Below are positions 24,040 through 34,319 of a stretch of DNA of 64,000 nucleotides, piece by piece. The stretch is from Verrucomicrobiia bacterium (GTDB taxonomy: Bacteria > Verrucomicrobiota > Verrucomicrobiia > Limisphaerales > UBA1319): the NCBI GenBank assembly GCA_963664225.1, contig OY760937.1, positions 2,752,001 through 2,816,000 on the forward strand, in the 5' to 3' direction. The notes beneath the pieces are model-generated. The model was given only the letters and a program-made list of their open reading frames with translations, was not told where the DNA came from and did not search any database. The position numbers and the translations under genes were made by a program. The stretch's first letter is position 1; the number at the start of each line of letters is the position of its first letter.

Positions 24040-24687
24040 ATGAAGGAACCATTTGAAGAATTGAGTGCCCGGCTGAATCGCGAATCTGCCGAGTCTGATG
24101 CGAAGTTGCTTCAGTTCATCCGCGAAGGGACCACAGAAGATCAGTTGCGTGAAGATTGGGACCAACTTCGCGGTGTCGGTTCACCACGGGTTAGCGCCCA
24201 GTCCGGGCAACTGTGTTGGTGGCGGGAGTTTCTGGCCGCCCTTTGGGCCGCGCACATCCCGCAGAAGCTCGCAACTGGAGTATCGATCGGGGCTGTGTTG
24301 CTGGTGGGATGGTTGATTCTGCGGCCCGGCGGTATTCCACTACGCAGTGACCGCACTTGGCAGGTTGCGGGCTTGCGGTTGCCCAACGAGATGCGCATTA
24401 AAGTTGGCGGAGGACTCCTGCTGTCGGGAGACAAATTGAGGTTAGAGGCGGTTCTGGGAGAAGGCAAACGCGGGGCGACTGATGATGTCCAAGCGTATCA
24501 GATTCACTTCGAGGCGCAGACTAGCAGCGGTGAAACGGTTCGCTTCAATGGCACTCTGTTGGTCACCAACACACCGGGCACAACCAGTATCCGAAGCAAG
24601 CGTGACATCCTGGGCGCCGTTCTCGCAGGCGAATGGCAGGTGGGCCTCCTGGTGACCAACATGGTCAGCCCTCCCTTCGTGCCGTAA
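24040..24687 (+). CDS. Bitopic membrane protein with anti-sigma-like topology
   Basis: Short charged N-terminus, one TM helix (GVSIGAVLLVGWLIL), beta-rich C-terminal domain. Confidence 0.5.
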   Translation: MKEPFEELSARLNRESAESDAKLLQFIREGTTEDQLREDWDQLRGVGSPRVSAQSGQLCWWREFLAALWAAHIPQKLATGVSIGAVLLVGWLILRPGGIPLRSDRTWQVAGLRLPNEMRIKVGGGLLLSGDKLRLEAVLGEGKRGATDDVQAYQIHFEAQTSSGETVRFNGTLLVTNTPGTTSIRSKRDILGAVLAGEWQVGLLVTNMVSPPFVP

Positions 24688-24778
24688 CTCAGCCAAATTG
24701 ACACGGCGGGCTTCCAGAAATTCTCAAAGCTCGATTGAGATGCACAAATACCAAGTGTTTGGTGGCCCTGGCAGGCGT

Positions 24779-27700
24779 TCAAGGTCCATTTGAGTTTAGA
24801 ACAAACGGACCAGCCCATTGCACAGCTTGGACCGGTGTGTTTTTCTCACGCCAGTAAGTAAGTTTCGTGCGTTGCACCCTCGCCAATGCCCCGGGTGCGT
24901 CGCCAGATTTCAAGGCATCGGCGTAAAATGCCGCCATGAACTCCTGGGTCTCCTGGCTCCATACCGGCCACAAGGTTATGAGCATGTGGCGCGCTCCAGC
25001 CAGCGCGAATGCGCGGCGCAGACCGAACACTCCCTCCCCGGCTTGCACGGTCCCCACCCCGGTTTCGCAAGCGCTCAAAGCCACGAGCCAAGTGCCTTGA
25101 AAATCGAGCGCGGAAATTTCTTCGGCTGTCAGCAGGCCATCGTCTTCGGGAAGAGGCCGTTTGCGTTCTCGCATGGCGGCCAGGGTTTCATTAGCGCCCG
25201 CAAGAGCGAGCCAGGACCAGGCCATTGCGTTGACGTTGGCTTGGCGCCAACCCGAATTGGCAGACTGGATTGTGTCCAGCGAACCCGATGCGGTGGGCAG
25301 GAAAGTGGCATGTGTAGCCAGCGCCAGGAGATATGGGGGCGGCCTTGAGCGGAACGCAGCCTCGCGTGCGGCAGATCCCGCAAATAGTTTCACCGGTGAA
25401 CACCCGTTGGAAGTTGCGCACGCGGCCAGGTATTTACCTTCGATTAGGGCGGAATCCAACGGCCCGTAATTCTCCGGCAGGTGGCCAGCAACGCCGATCG
25501 AACCACTGCCACCCTTCCCATTGCTGCGCGAAAAATCAGGGACCCAAATGTCCACGGATCGCTGGGCGGATGTCTGAAAGGGTGGAGCCAGCAGATCCCG
25601 GGCGCTCGTGACATAGCGAAAAAAACGCTCTTCACCCAGAAAATGATCTCCCTGCCATAGCGCCGCGAATGGCACAAAATTCAATTCTCCATCGGGGGCG
25701 ATGATAATCCAACGCGGACGATCAGTCATCACCGCTGCAACCTTGTCCCAAACTCGCTCGCGCAGGGATCTTAAAGTTCCAAGGAGGTCCTCCCTGGCAG
25801 GTGGAATGTTCGCGCGCATTGCAACCGAAAGACTCGTCACGAGTTCAGCAATCCCATCCTTCCCCAGGACCGGCCCCAATTCCACCCATCGAAGTGAGTT
25901 GGTTTCGAAGACAAGTGCTCCGAAAACGGGCTCGGTTCGCCCGGGACCGAGCCAGCGGCGAAACCGCACATACTCGACGAGCGCGGTGTCAGGCGGCAAA
26001 CTGGCCTGGACTGCACCAATTTCTGCGGTGAAGGAATGGCGCAATTCGCGCATTGCGGAGAAACGTTCCGCCATCTTCGCTTCCAACCCTTCGATGGTCT
26101 GGTCGACACTTCGCAGTTCACCAACCGCCACTGAATGGCCGTTGGCGGTCAACTGCTCCATTCGGCAACGCTCCAGTCGAGCCTTCGACAACGTACGAAG
26201 CGTGGCGGCTTGGTCTGGATCGAGACTAGGTCTCGCCAATTGGCGTTCTTCAATCAGCGAGTCCAGGACCGCGCCTTTGAGTCGGAGCAAAGCCGTGCCC
26301 AGTGGAACGGGATCGCTGGGGGCAACTGCAGCAAGGAGGGTCAACAAATCGGGGAATGCATTCCGGGACAACCGATCGCGTTCGGATCCAAATCGAAGCA
26401 CCTCCCGCCAGAGGGATTCCTCGGACTGGAGCGAACGGGTTGCGAGTTGCAGAGCCTCATTTGTCCGGCCCCGATCCAGTTGAAGCAACCCGTAATCGCG
26501 GGCGGCCACGGTAGCATACCGCAGCCGATGGCGCTCGAAGGCCGCCAGAGCCCGCTGGTAAAGGACCTCCGCCTGATCCCACTCGCCCCGCATGTGCCGA
26601 ATGTTGGCCTGGCAAAAGACGGCCATTGAGGTGAGCGGATAATCCGGTCCAACAAGCTGCTCAAGGGTGGCGCAGGCGGTCTCGGATTCCTTCAGTGCCT
26701 GGACCAGATTCGTTTGCTTGAAATGGACGCAAGCGATGTTGATGTCGCTCTGAGCCACGAGAATATTCGTTTCGCCGAATGCGTTAGCTCGGATGCGGCG
26801 TGCCTCCTCATGATACCGCAATGCCTGAGCAAGGGATCCTTCCTCGAACGCCAACAGGCCCCGTTGTTCCCAAACTTCAGCGACGTCCGGGTGCCCCAGC
26901 CCACGATATTTCGCCAAGATATCCAGTGACTGCTGCAGGCTTGCGTCGGCCTGGTCCGGCCTCCCCAACTCACGTTCGAACCTCGCCCATTCCTGCAAGC
27001 TCAATGCCAGCTCCAGGCGCCGGTTTGGATCCCGTTGTGCATTCCGTTGTCGGGAGGCCAGCGCTTGTTGGAGTAAGTCATGTGCACGGGCTAGATCGCC
27101 TTGGGCGAGTGCCAGCGAGCCCAATCGTTCCTGGCTCGCACAGACGAGCGGATCATCTTCGCCACCTTGCGCAAGGCCCTGGCGTAGAACTGAATCAAAG
27201 CTCCCACGTGCGTCAACGAGGTTCCCAAGATTCTGTTGGCAACTGCCAAGGTCAATCAACAGACTGAGATAAAGCGGACTATTCGTCCTGGCCGACACAC
27301 GAAGTGCGGCCACACACTCCTGGAGAATCGACTCAGCTGCAGCAGCGTCCCCTTTCTTGGAGAAGGTTTGTGCGAGGTTCCGGCGCACCGCCACCAAATC
27401 GAGGTCAGCAGCGCCACGCACCCGGCTCAGGCCTCCAATGCTATGCTGGTAAATCGCGATGGCATTTGACCAACGACCCTCATCCCTACAGACAGAGGCG
27501 AGGTTGTTATCGATCAGCAAACGCAACGGCAAAGAAGCAGGCAGATTAGTGACCAGCGCCAGTGCCGCCATATGCTCGGACTTCGCCCTAACCATGTAAC
27601 CTTGGCTGCGATGCAACTCGCCCAAAGCCGTCAATGGGGTGGCAGCCAGAGCCGGATTAATCCCGGACGCCTGCCTCAACAAGCTCAGAGAGGCTTCGAA

Positions 27701-28279
27701 AAGTGCTTCGGCGCCAGGGTAGTCCTGCAAATTCTGCAGGACCAGCCCATGATTGTTCAACACAGTGGCGAGCAATTCTGGGTTACGCTTGTCTTGTTCA
27801 AGAATACGCTCGGCCCGCTCGAAAAAGGGCAGGCTGTTCGTTCGATCCCCTTCGCGTCGGTACGTTTCACCAATCTGATTGAGGGTATCAGCAACCCGTG
27901 AGTCATTCTCGGTCAGAGCTTGAATCCTACTCTTAAGACAATCATTAAGAACTTGCCGGGCCTCGGCATACCGGCCCAAGGAACCAAGCAGTTTCACCAC
28001 AGTCGTTCGAGCTACATCCGTGTTCGGGTCGGACGGTCCCAGCGCTGTGACGAGGATCTCTACAATGGCGCGGCGGAGATCCAAGGCTTGGGTGTATTCT
28101 TCTTTAGCTTCCAACTCCGCCGCCTGCCTGCTCATGGACATGGCGCGGTCGATGTCTTGGCTGGTGGAAACGGATTGCTCCTGTCCGCAGAGCGGGAGGG
28201 CAAGCACATAAAGCGTTACGGCCAGGATGAACAGCGTCCGGCTGAGCACAATTCCAGTCGACAAGGATTGGGGTAACAT
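24779..28279 (-). CDS. TPR-repeat CHAT (caspase-like) protease with N-terminal signal sequence
   Basis: Many TPR-like repeats; CHAT motifs IAPDGELNFVPFAAL, LATHA (His), LSACETG (Cys), GLRRAF and WAGPF. Confidence 0.9.
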   Translation of the reverse strand: MLPQSLSTGIVLSRTLFILAVTLYVLALPLCGQEQSVSTSQDIDRAMSMSRQAAELEAKEEYTQALDLRRAIVEILVTALGPSDPNTDVARTTVVKLLGSLGRYAEARQVLNDCLKSRIQALTENDSRVADTLNQIGETYRREGDRTNSLPFFERAERILEQDKRNPELLATVLNNHGLVLQNLQDYPGAEALFEASLSLLRQASGINPALAATPLTALGELHRSQGYMVRAKSEHMAALALVTNLPASLPLRLLIDNNLASVCRDEGRWSNAIAIYQHSIGGLSRVRGAADLDLVAVRRNLAQTFSKKGDAAAAESILQECVAALRVSARTNSPLYLSLLIDLGSCQQNLGNLVDARGSFDSVLRQGLAQGGEDDPLVCASQERLGSLALAQGDLARAHDLLQQALASRQRNAQRDPNRRLELALSLQEWARFERELGRPDQADASLQQSLDILAKYRGLGHPDVAEVWEQRGLLAFEEGSLAQALRYHEEARRIRANAFGETNILVAQSDINIACVHFKQTNLVQALKESETACATLEQLVGPDYPLTSMAVFCQANIRHMRGEWDQAEVLYQRALAAFERHRLRYATVAARDYGLLQLDRGRTNEALQLATRSLQSEESLWREVLRFGSERDRLSRNAFPDLLTLLAAVAPSDPVPLGTALLRLKGAVLDSLIEERQLARPSLDPDQAATLRTLSKARLERCRMEQLTANGHSVAVGELRSVDQTIEGLEAKMAERFSAMRELRHSFTAEIGAVQASLPPDTALVEYVRFRRWLGPGRTEPVFGALVFETNSLRWVELGPVLGKDGIAELVTSLSVAMRANIPPAREDLLGTLRSLRERVWDKVAAVMTDRPRWIIIAPDGELNFVPFAALWQGDHFLGEERFFRYVTSARDLLAPPFQTSAQRSVDIWVPDFSRSNGKGGSGSIGVAGHLPENYGPLDSALIEGKYLAACATSNGCSPVKLFAGSAAREAAFRSRPPPYLLALATHATFLPTASGSLDTIQSANSGWRQANVNAMAWSWLALAGANETLAAMRERKRPLPEDDGLLTAEEISALDFQGTWLVALSACETGVGTVQAGEGVFGLRRAFALAGARHMLITLWPVWSQETQEFMAAFYADALKSGDAPGALARVQRTKLTYWREKNTPVQAVQWAGPFVLNSNGP

Positions 28280-28450
28280 GACCAATCCATTGTGGGAAAA
28301 GCTACACCAGCGTCAATGGAATATCGACTTGGAATCTCTTGACGTCTGGCACACAGGACGGCGCAGCCAGTCCCAACTTTTTCGACATGGCGGTGCAACC
28401 GAAGGGGTCTCGTTGACGGATAACATGACGGGAACACGCGTTCCCGTTAT

Positions 28451-29374
28451 ATGGAACAACGATCCTTGGAACTGGGTGGCGGGCTGTTTCGCCCGGACCT
28501 TCGCCGACTGCACGAGAACCTCACCGCCCGGATTCGCGGGCAACCGCAGGTTTTGTCACGCCTGGTCGAGGCGCTGCACAGGCGTGAGCTCGACGCCGTG
28601 CCACAGAGGGGCTCCCGCGATGCGTTCTTCTTCGCCGGTCCGACCGGCGTCGGCAAGACGGAAACGGTGCTCAACGTGGCCGAACTCCTGTTCGGGACGG
28701 GCCGGTTCCAGCGCTTCGACTCTTCGGAATTCGAAACGCCGGAAGCGACCGCGTTTCTGCTGGGGAACCGCACAGGCGACTCTGGACGCTTTGGCCAAGT
28801 CTACGCCAAATGCCCTGCAGGGATCTGGCTATTCGATGAATTCGAGAAGGGCCATTCGAAATTCGTCGATCTGTTCCTCCAGATGACGGAGGTCGGTCGG
28901 ATCACGTTGGCCAACGGCGAGACATTGGATTTGAGCCGCATCTACCTGTTCGCTACCAGTAATCTTGGCTCAACGGAAATCCTGGGCCGTGTTCATCTGC
29001 CTTTCGCCAGCCTGGAGCGCCATGTGACCCGCTGCGTTAGACGGCACCTGCGGCCGGAACTGCTCGCGCGGTTTGGCCCGCCGTTTGTGTTCCGACCGCT
29101 CAGCCGGGCCATCCAAGAGGAGATTGTGGAACAGAAGCTCGAGGACTTCCTCGCCTGGCAACGGTGCAAGGGACGGCGAGTGACCTGCGATGCCGGCGTG
29201 CTCCGCCTGCTGCAACGCCGCGGCTTCTCGCCCAAGGAAGGCGCCCGCCCCTTGATCCGGTTGATCGAAGAACTCTGTGGCAATCCGATCTGCCAGGAAC
29301 GGTTGGCGGGAAAGAACGGCGATGGACGGCTGGAAGTCGAACCCGGAGGCAATAGCCTTCGCTTTGCAAAATGA
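28451..29374 (+). CDS. Stand-alone ClpB-D2-type AAA+ ATPase
   Basis: IRGQ, FAGPTGVGKTE, LFDEFEKGH, TSNLG, RPELLAR and GARPL motifs; no Clp N-domain or D1. Confidence 0.85.
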   Translation: MEQRSLELGGGLFRPDLRRLHENLTARIRGQPQVLSRLVEALHRRELDAVPQRGSRDAFFFAGPTGVGKTETVLNVAELLFGTGRFQRFDSSEFETPEATAFLLGNRTGDSGRFGQVYAKCPAGIWLFDEFEKGHSKFVDLFLQMTEVGRITLANGETLDLSRIYLFATSNLGSTEILGRVHLPFASLERHVTRCVRRHLRPELLARFGPPFVFRPLSRAIQEEIVEQKLEDFLAWQRCKGRRVTCDAGVLRLLQRRGFSPKEGARPLIRLIEELCGNPICQERLAGKNGDGRLEVEPGGNSLRFAK

Positions 29375-30831
29375 GTGGCTCCGCGTTCAGTTGGGTGGAC
29401 CGTATGCTCCAGGACTATTTCAACCCTATGGAAATTGCCGCGGGCTTGGTTGGACTGCTGATGGTCGCAGCGATCTTCGCCTGGCTGAGCCGGTTCCAGC
29501 ACAACCGACCCTCCGTGGTGGCCCGGCTCAAAGGGTTTACCTGGAACCGTCAGGTCTTCTGCCAGCACTTTCTGATCACGGGCGCCACCGGTTCCGGCAA
29601 GACTTTGAGCGGTATTTCTTGCCTGCTCTTCCAGGTCTTCAAACACCAACAATCATTCGGTGGACTCTGTGTGGATGTCAAAGGCGTCCTGCACGAAATT
29701 GTAACCGAGATGGCGACGCACTTCGGACGTCCGAACGATGTCCTGCTACTCGAAGTGCGACCGATGCCGGGACGGTCGGACTGGAAGCCCAAACACCGCT
29801 TCAACCTGGTTGGCGACCGCCGCATTCCCTACGCGACTTACGCCCGTTGCGTTGTGGACACAGCCGTGGCGTTGGGCAATCGCCAGGAACAGAGTTTCTT
29901 CCGGCGTGCGGCGCAGATCCACATCGCCAAGGCGCTCGAAGCGCTGGATGCCCTCGGTTATGGCGTCACGCTGGAGAATGCCCACGACCTTCTCGTCAAC
30001 CCCTTGGACACCGCAGACGCCCTCCGGCATCTGGAGTCAATCGAATCCGCCCGCGCCCTGGCGGAACATTTCCGCAACTATCTGGCCCAGCCACCGGAGC
30101 AACTGGCCGGTATCACGGGAACGGTGAAAAACTACCTGCACTACTTCACGGAGCCCGCCATCGCCGAGGTGTTCTGCCAGGATAGTACCTTCGCGTTGCA
30201 GGAGGTGGATCAGGGCAAAATCATCTGCCTGGCCGTGCCCCAGCGCTACCAGACCGAACGCCGCTTTGTCGGCACTTTTCTCAAGCTCTTATTCTACACT
30301 CACGCACTGACGCGCTTTGACGCGCCGAAGGCCGAACGGGCGCAGCACAACCTGTTGTTGCTGCTGGCCGATGAATGTCAGCACTTTGTCACCACCAGCG
30401 AAGACGGGCTAAGCGACCACGCCGTGGTGGACGTGATCCGGGAGGCGGGGGTGGCCGTTATCGCCGCGACGCAAAGCACCACGTCGCTCATCCCGGCGCT
30501 CGGCGCGGATCAGGCCAAGGTCTTCACCTTGAATTTGCGTAACCGGCTCATTTTCGCCGCTGCCGACGAGGACGACGCCAAGGCGAGCGCGGAGTTCCTT
30601 GGCAAGATAATCAAGCGCGAGAAGTCCGTGACGCGTAGCGAAGGCCGACATTCCGAAACCATCCATGAAAGCGAATCCTACCGCATCAAGCCGCATGAAC
30701 TGCGCAAACTGCGCAAACACCAATGCATCGTCGTCCACTGTGAGCGCGGCTTCCGTAAGGCCGTTCTGCCGCCGCTGGAGCCCGACGGCACCGTGGCGCG
30801 CTGGTATCGGCGCCGGTGGTTTTACTTCTGA
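29371..30831 (+). CDS. Type IV coupling protein (VirD4/TraD-like)
   Basis: N-terminal TM helix, ITGATGSGKT Walker A, DECQHF Walker B, ATQS; adjacent to the relaxase. Confidence 0.85.
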   Translation: MSGSAFSWVDRMLQDYFNPMEIAAGLVGLLMVAAIFAWLSRFQHNRPSVVARLKGFTWNRQVFCQHFLITGATGSGKTLSGISCLLFQVFKHQQSFGGLCVDVKGVLHEIVTEMATHFGRPNDVLLLEVRPMPGRSDWKPKHRFNLVGDRRIPYATYARCVVDTAVALGNRQEQSFFRRAAQIHIAKALEALDALGYGVTLENAHDLLVNPLDTADALRHLESIESARALAEHFRNYLAQPPEQLAGITGTVKNYLHYFTEPAIAEVFCQDSTFALQEVDQGKIICLAVPQRYQTERRFVGTFLKLLFYTHALTRFDAPKAERAQHNLLLLLADECQHFVTTSEDGLSDHAVVDVIREAGVAVIAATQSTTSLIPALGADQAKVFTLNLRNRLIFAAADEDDAKASAEFLGKIIKREKSVTRSEGRHSETIHESESYRIKPHELRKLRKHQCIVVHCERGFRKAVLPPLEPDGTVARWYRRRWFYF

Positions 30832-30845
30832 CGCCGCGCGCGGCG

Positions 30846-30902
30846 CCCTATCGGCGGACCCTCACGAAGTGAGGGGTCGACGATAGGGGTTGGTGTCTCA
30901 GC
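30846..30902 (+). other. Candidate oriT (hairpin plus MOBF-like nic site)
   Basis: Inverted repeat CCCTATCG..CCCTCAC-GAA-GTGAGGG..CGATAGGG (30846-30888) followed by GTTGGTGTCT/CAGC, between the coupling protein and relaxase genes. Confidence 0.6.
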
Positions 30903-30937
30903 TCAGAGCACTCACAACTCACAACATAATCACGCAT

Positions 30938-33727
30938 ATGATCACGGCCCGACCACAGAAGAATCTACAGACCGCGAAGGAGTATTTCAGAAAGCACCTC
31001 TCTCAGGGTGATTACTATTCGGAAGGTCAGAGCGTCGCCGGCCGGTGGTTTGGGCATGGCATCGGGAGGCTTGGGTTGGACTCGTCATCGCCGGTCACCG
31101 AGACCGCGTTCATTAGGTTGTGCGACAACGAACACCCCGCGACGGGCGAGCGGCTCACCGTCCGCCACCGCCAGCAGGACCGCCGCGTCTTTTATGATTT
31201 TGCCGTCTCCGCGCCAAAAAGCGTGTCTGTTCTGGCGCTGACGGTGGGCGACCCCCGGCTTATCAACGCCCACGAGGAAGCCGCGCGCGCGGCGTTTTCG
31301 CGGGTGGAGCGGGTCGCGGCGACGCGAGTCGGGAAAGGGGGGTCGCACGCCGACCGTCACACGGGCGAGATCGTTGCGGCGGAGTTTCGACACGACACCT
31401 CGCGCGCGTTGGACCCTCAGTTGCACAGCCACTTCGTCGTGTTCAACGGCACATGGGACCCTGTGGAGAGCCGGTGGAAGGCGCTCCAGACCTCAAAGAT
31501 GTTCGACCAGATGGCGTTCTTTACCGAGGTTTATCGAAGCGAACTCGCCCTCCGGGCGCGGGCGCTGGGTTACGGCATCCGCAATACGGCGAACGGATTC
31601 GAAATCGACGGCGTGCCACAGGACATCCTTGACCGGTTCAGCAAGCGGCGGCGGGACATCCTTGCCGCCGAACCGCAGGCCGTCGCGGAACTCAACGCAC
31701 GCCGACAGCGAGAACTGGACGAAGCGGTCCAGGAGAGCCAGACCCCGGAAGCGCGCGCCGCGGCGGAGCAGGCCCGGCGCAATTTCCTGCCCCTGACCGC
31801 GCTAACCAATACCGGGCGCTCGCATCTGGCTCACGCCACCCGCCCACGGAAGTCTGATCACTTGAAGGCCGAGGAAGTGCTCGCCTATCAGCGGGGGCAA
31901 CTGACCCCTGAGGAACTCGCGGCCCTCCGCCGGCTTGTGTCACCCGGAGAGGCAACGCGTCATGGATCGCTGATCCCGGGGTTTAGTTTAGCTCCGGCTA
32001 TCTTGCCTGCCTCCGCTCTGATCCCGACCATCGGCCCGGCGGAGGCCATCGACTACGCGCGCGACCATCTCTTCGAGCGTCGCAGCGTCGTTCCGAGGTG
32101 TCACCTCCTGACGGAAGCGATGGCCTATACCCGGGGTTTCGTGACGCTGCTCGAGCTGGAGACTGATCTGGCCCGGCGTCAGGAGTTCATCGCCGTGGAT
32201 GAGATGCTGACCACTGAAGGAACATTGCGTCAGGAACAGCGCCTGCTAAAGCTCGTCAACCAGGGCGTGGGCAGGGTCCGACCGTTGAACGCGGCTTTCG
32301 TCGGCGACGCGAAGCTCACCCGCGAGCAACGCCTGGCGCTGCGCCACATCCTGTGCTCGCCTGACCTCGTCCTCGGATTACGTGGCGGAGCTGGCACCGG
32401 AAAGTCCACCCTGCTGCGGGAAGTTCTGAAGGGCATTGAGGAGCGCCAAGCGGCCATTATTCTGGCGCCAACGACAGCGGCGGTCGAATCGCTGAGGAAG
32501 GAGGGATTGCCCCGGACGGCCACGGTGCAGCGGTTCCTCGCCGATCCGGAGTTTCAGGCCAGCGCGCAGGGCCAGGTGCTGGTGGTGGATGAAGCGGGCT
32601 TGCTCTCGACGAAAGACCTGCTCCCGCTGGTCGAGTTCGTCCATGCCCACCAAGGTCGTCTGATACTCTCCGGCGACACCCGGCAGCACACCGGCGTCGA
32701 GGCTGGCGACGCCCTCCGGCTGCTCGAACGGCAGAGCGCCCTGCGCATGGCCGGCGTGCAAGGCATCCGGCGGCAGAGCGAACGCGAATACCGCGCCGCC
32801 ATCGGTGAGCTGGCTGAGGGCAAAGGCAGCGAGGCCCTGGCTCGACTAGACCGCCTCGGAGCCTTGCACGAGGCGGATGAGGAGACGCGCTATCCGCTCC
32901 TGGCTTCGGAATACGTTAATTCGCTCAAGGCCAACAAGTCGGCACTGGTGGTGAGTCCGACCTGGCGAGAGATCTCGCGGGTCACCCAGGAAGTCCGGAC
33001 CCAGCTCAAGGCTGCGGGTCTGCTCGCGCGCGAGGAAACCGAGTTGACTGTGCATCATGCGAGCAAGTGGACCCGCGCCCAGAAACGCGACCTGCGTAAC
33101 TACCAAGCGAAGATGGTGCTGACCTTCCACAAGGGCGCGAAAGAATTCGTCGCAGGTGAATGGGCGGAGGTCGTGACGGTTGAGCCGGACGCGTTGGCGG
33201 TCAGGAAACGCAACGGCCAGATGGTGACGGTGACCAAGAAGCAGGTCGGCTGCTTCGATGTGGCCGTGCGGGTCAAACTGCCGGTGGCACCGGGCGAGCG
33301 GCTGTTGATCCAGTCCAACCGCAAACCGGATGGCCTGTTCAACGGCCAGATTGTAACGGTCAGGCAGGTTAAGGCCGACGGGCGCGTCCTGTTGACCGAC
33401 GGGCGGAGCATCGCACCGGATTTCCGGGCGTTCACCCACGGTTACTGCGTCACCAGCCACGGCTCGCAAGGCCGGACGGTGGACCATGTGTATGTGGCGG
33501 TGGATTCGGCCTCGGCGCAGGCGGCCAATCTGAACCAGTTCTATGTGAGTGCCTCTCGTGGCCGGGAGCAGGTGAAGGTCTTCACCGATGATATTGAATT
33601 CCTGCGCCAAGCGGTCACCCGCTCGGCCGCGCGCTTGTCGGCCACCGATCTGTTGGAACGCGCTCGCGTGGCGCAGCGAGAGGAGATCAAAGAGCGGCCC
33701 GTCCTCAACCCAAGGTTGGCGGTTTAG
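30938..33727 (+). CDS. MOBF (TrwC-like) relaxase-helicase
   Basis: DYYSEG tyrosines, SAPKSVS, HDTSRALDPQLHSH (HUH), then helicase motifs GGAGTGKS, VDEAG and HGYCVTSHGSQG. Confidence 0.95.
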   Translation: MITARPQKNLQTAKEYFRKHLSQGDYYSEGQSVAGRWFGHGIGRLGLDSSSPVTETAFIRLCDNEHPATGERLTVRHRQQDRRVFYDFAVSAPKSVSVLALTVGDPRLINAHEEAARAAFSRVERVAATRVGKGGSHADRHTGEIVAAEFRHDTSRALDPQLHSHFVVFNGTWDPVESRWKALQTSKMFDQMAFFTEVYRSELALRARALGYGIRNTANGFEIDGVPQDILDRFSKRRRDILAAEPQAVAELNARRQRELDEAVQESQTPEARAAAEQARRNFLPLTALTNTGRSHLAHATRPRKSDHLKAEEVLAYQRGQLTPEELAALRRLVSPGEATRHGSLIPGFSLAPAILPASALIPTIGPAEAIDYARDHLFERRSVVPRCHLLTEAMAYTRGFVTLLELETDLARRQEFIAVDEMLTTEGTLRQEQRLLKLVNQGVGRVRPLNAAFVGDAKLTREQRLALRHILCSPDLVLGLRGGAGTGKSTLLREVLKGIEERQAAIILAPTTAAVESLRKEGLPRTATVQRFLADPEFQASAQGQVLVVDEAGLLSTKDLLPLVEFVHAHQGRLILSGDTRQHTGVEAGDALRLLERQSALRMAGVQGIRRQSEREYRAAIGELAEGKGSEALARLDRLGALHEADEETRYPLLASEYVNSLKANKSALVVSPTWREISRVTQEVRTQLKAAGLLAREETELTVHHASKWTRAQKRDLRNYQAKMVLTFHKGAKEFVAGEWAEVVTVEPDALAVRKRNGQMVTVTKKQVGCFDVAVRVKLPVAPGERLLIQSNRKPDGLFNGQIVTVRQVKADGRVLLTDGRSIAPDFRAFTHGYCVTSHGSQGRTVDHVYVAVDSASAQAANLNQFYVSASRGREQVKVFTDDIEFLRQAVTRSAARLSATDLLERARVAQREEIKERPVLNPRLAV

Positions 33728-33742
33728 CTATCCTGCATCTTT

Positions 33743-34153
33743 ATGCTCCGTGGAAAAATAGACACCCCAGGCACCCTGACCCCGGCCCCCATTACAAGGC
33801 CACCGCCACCGTCGGGCGAGGACACCGGGATCCCCAGCGTGGAACAGCCCTACGCGACAGGGGAACGCCCACCGGGCATTGTGTTCTACCGCGCGAAGAA
33901 CAGCTTCTGGCTGCCGTATCACTTGCTGCAACGGATGGAGTTTGAGGCCGACCAGTTGAAATTGGTGTTCGCTACCGAGGATATCGTCATCCGTGGTCGC
34001 AGCCTGCATCCGCTCTATATTGAACTCACGCGTCAGACGGTGTCGCGCATCGTGGAGCAAGGGGAACGCTATGCAGCCCTCTCGGAAGCCGGAACGCTGG
34101 TCTCTGGAATCGAGAGAAGTCCTCACATGGACGACCCACAGCAGCAGCAGTGA
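33743..34153 (+). CDS. Hypothetical protein downstream of the relaxase
   Basis: 136 aa ORF starting 15 bp after the relaxase stop. Confidence 0.6.
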   Translation: MLRGKIDTPGTLTPAPITRPPPPSGEDTGIPSVEQPYATGERPPGIVFYRAKNSFWLPYHLLQRMEFEADQLKLVFATEDIVIRGRSLHPLYIELTRQTVSRIVEQGERYAALSEAGTLVSGIERSPHMDDPQQQQ

Positions 34154-34282
34154 CTTGAGCATCGTTTCATCCAAGCTTCCCAAGGTGGAACGGCCCAACG
34201 CTCTGGCACTGACGCTCCTGGAGAAACTCGCCCGCAGGGCGAGCCGGATTTTCTGCGGCCCGGGCAACACTCCCATGGTTTG

Positions 34283-34317
34283 GACGAAAGCCTCCCCCGT
34301 CGCGGGGAGGCTTCGTC
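34283..34317 (-). terminator. Hairpin after ardC, probable intrinsic terminator
   Basis: AAGCCTCCCC-N6-GGGGAGGCTT just past the ardC stop, between convergent genes. Confidence 0.5.
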
Positions 34318-34319
34318 AT

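Noticed and set aside
29277..30185. 302 aa + strand ORF overlapping the coupling protein
   Set aside because: Alternative-frame, Arg/Pro/Gly-rich shadow with no motifs.
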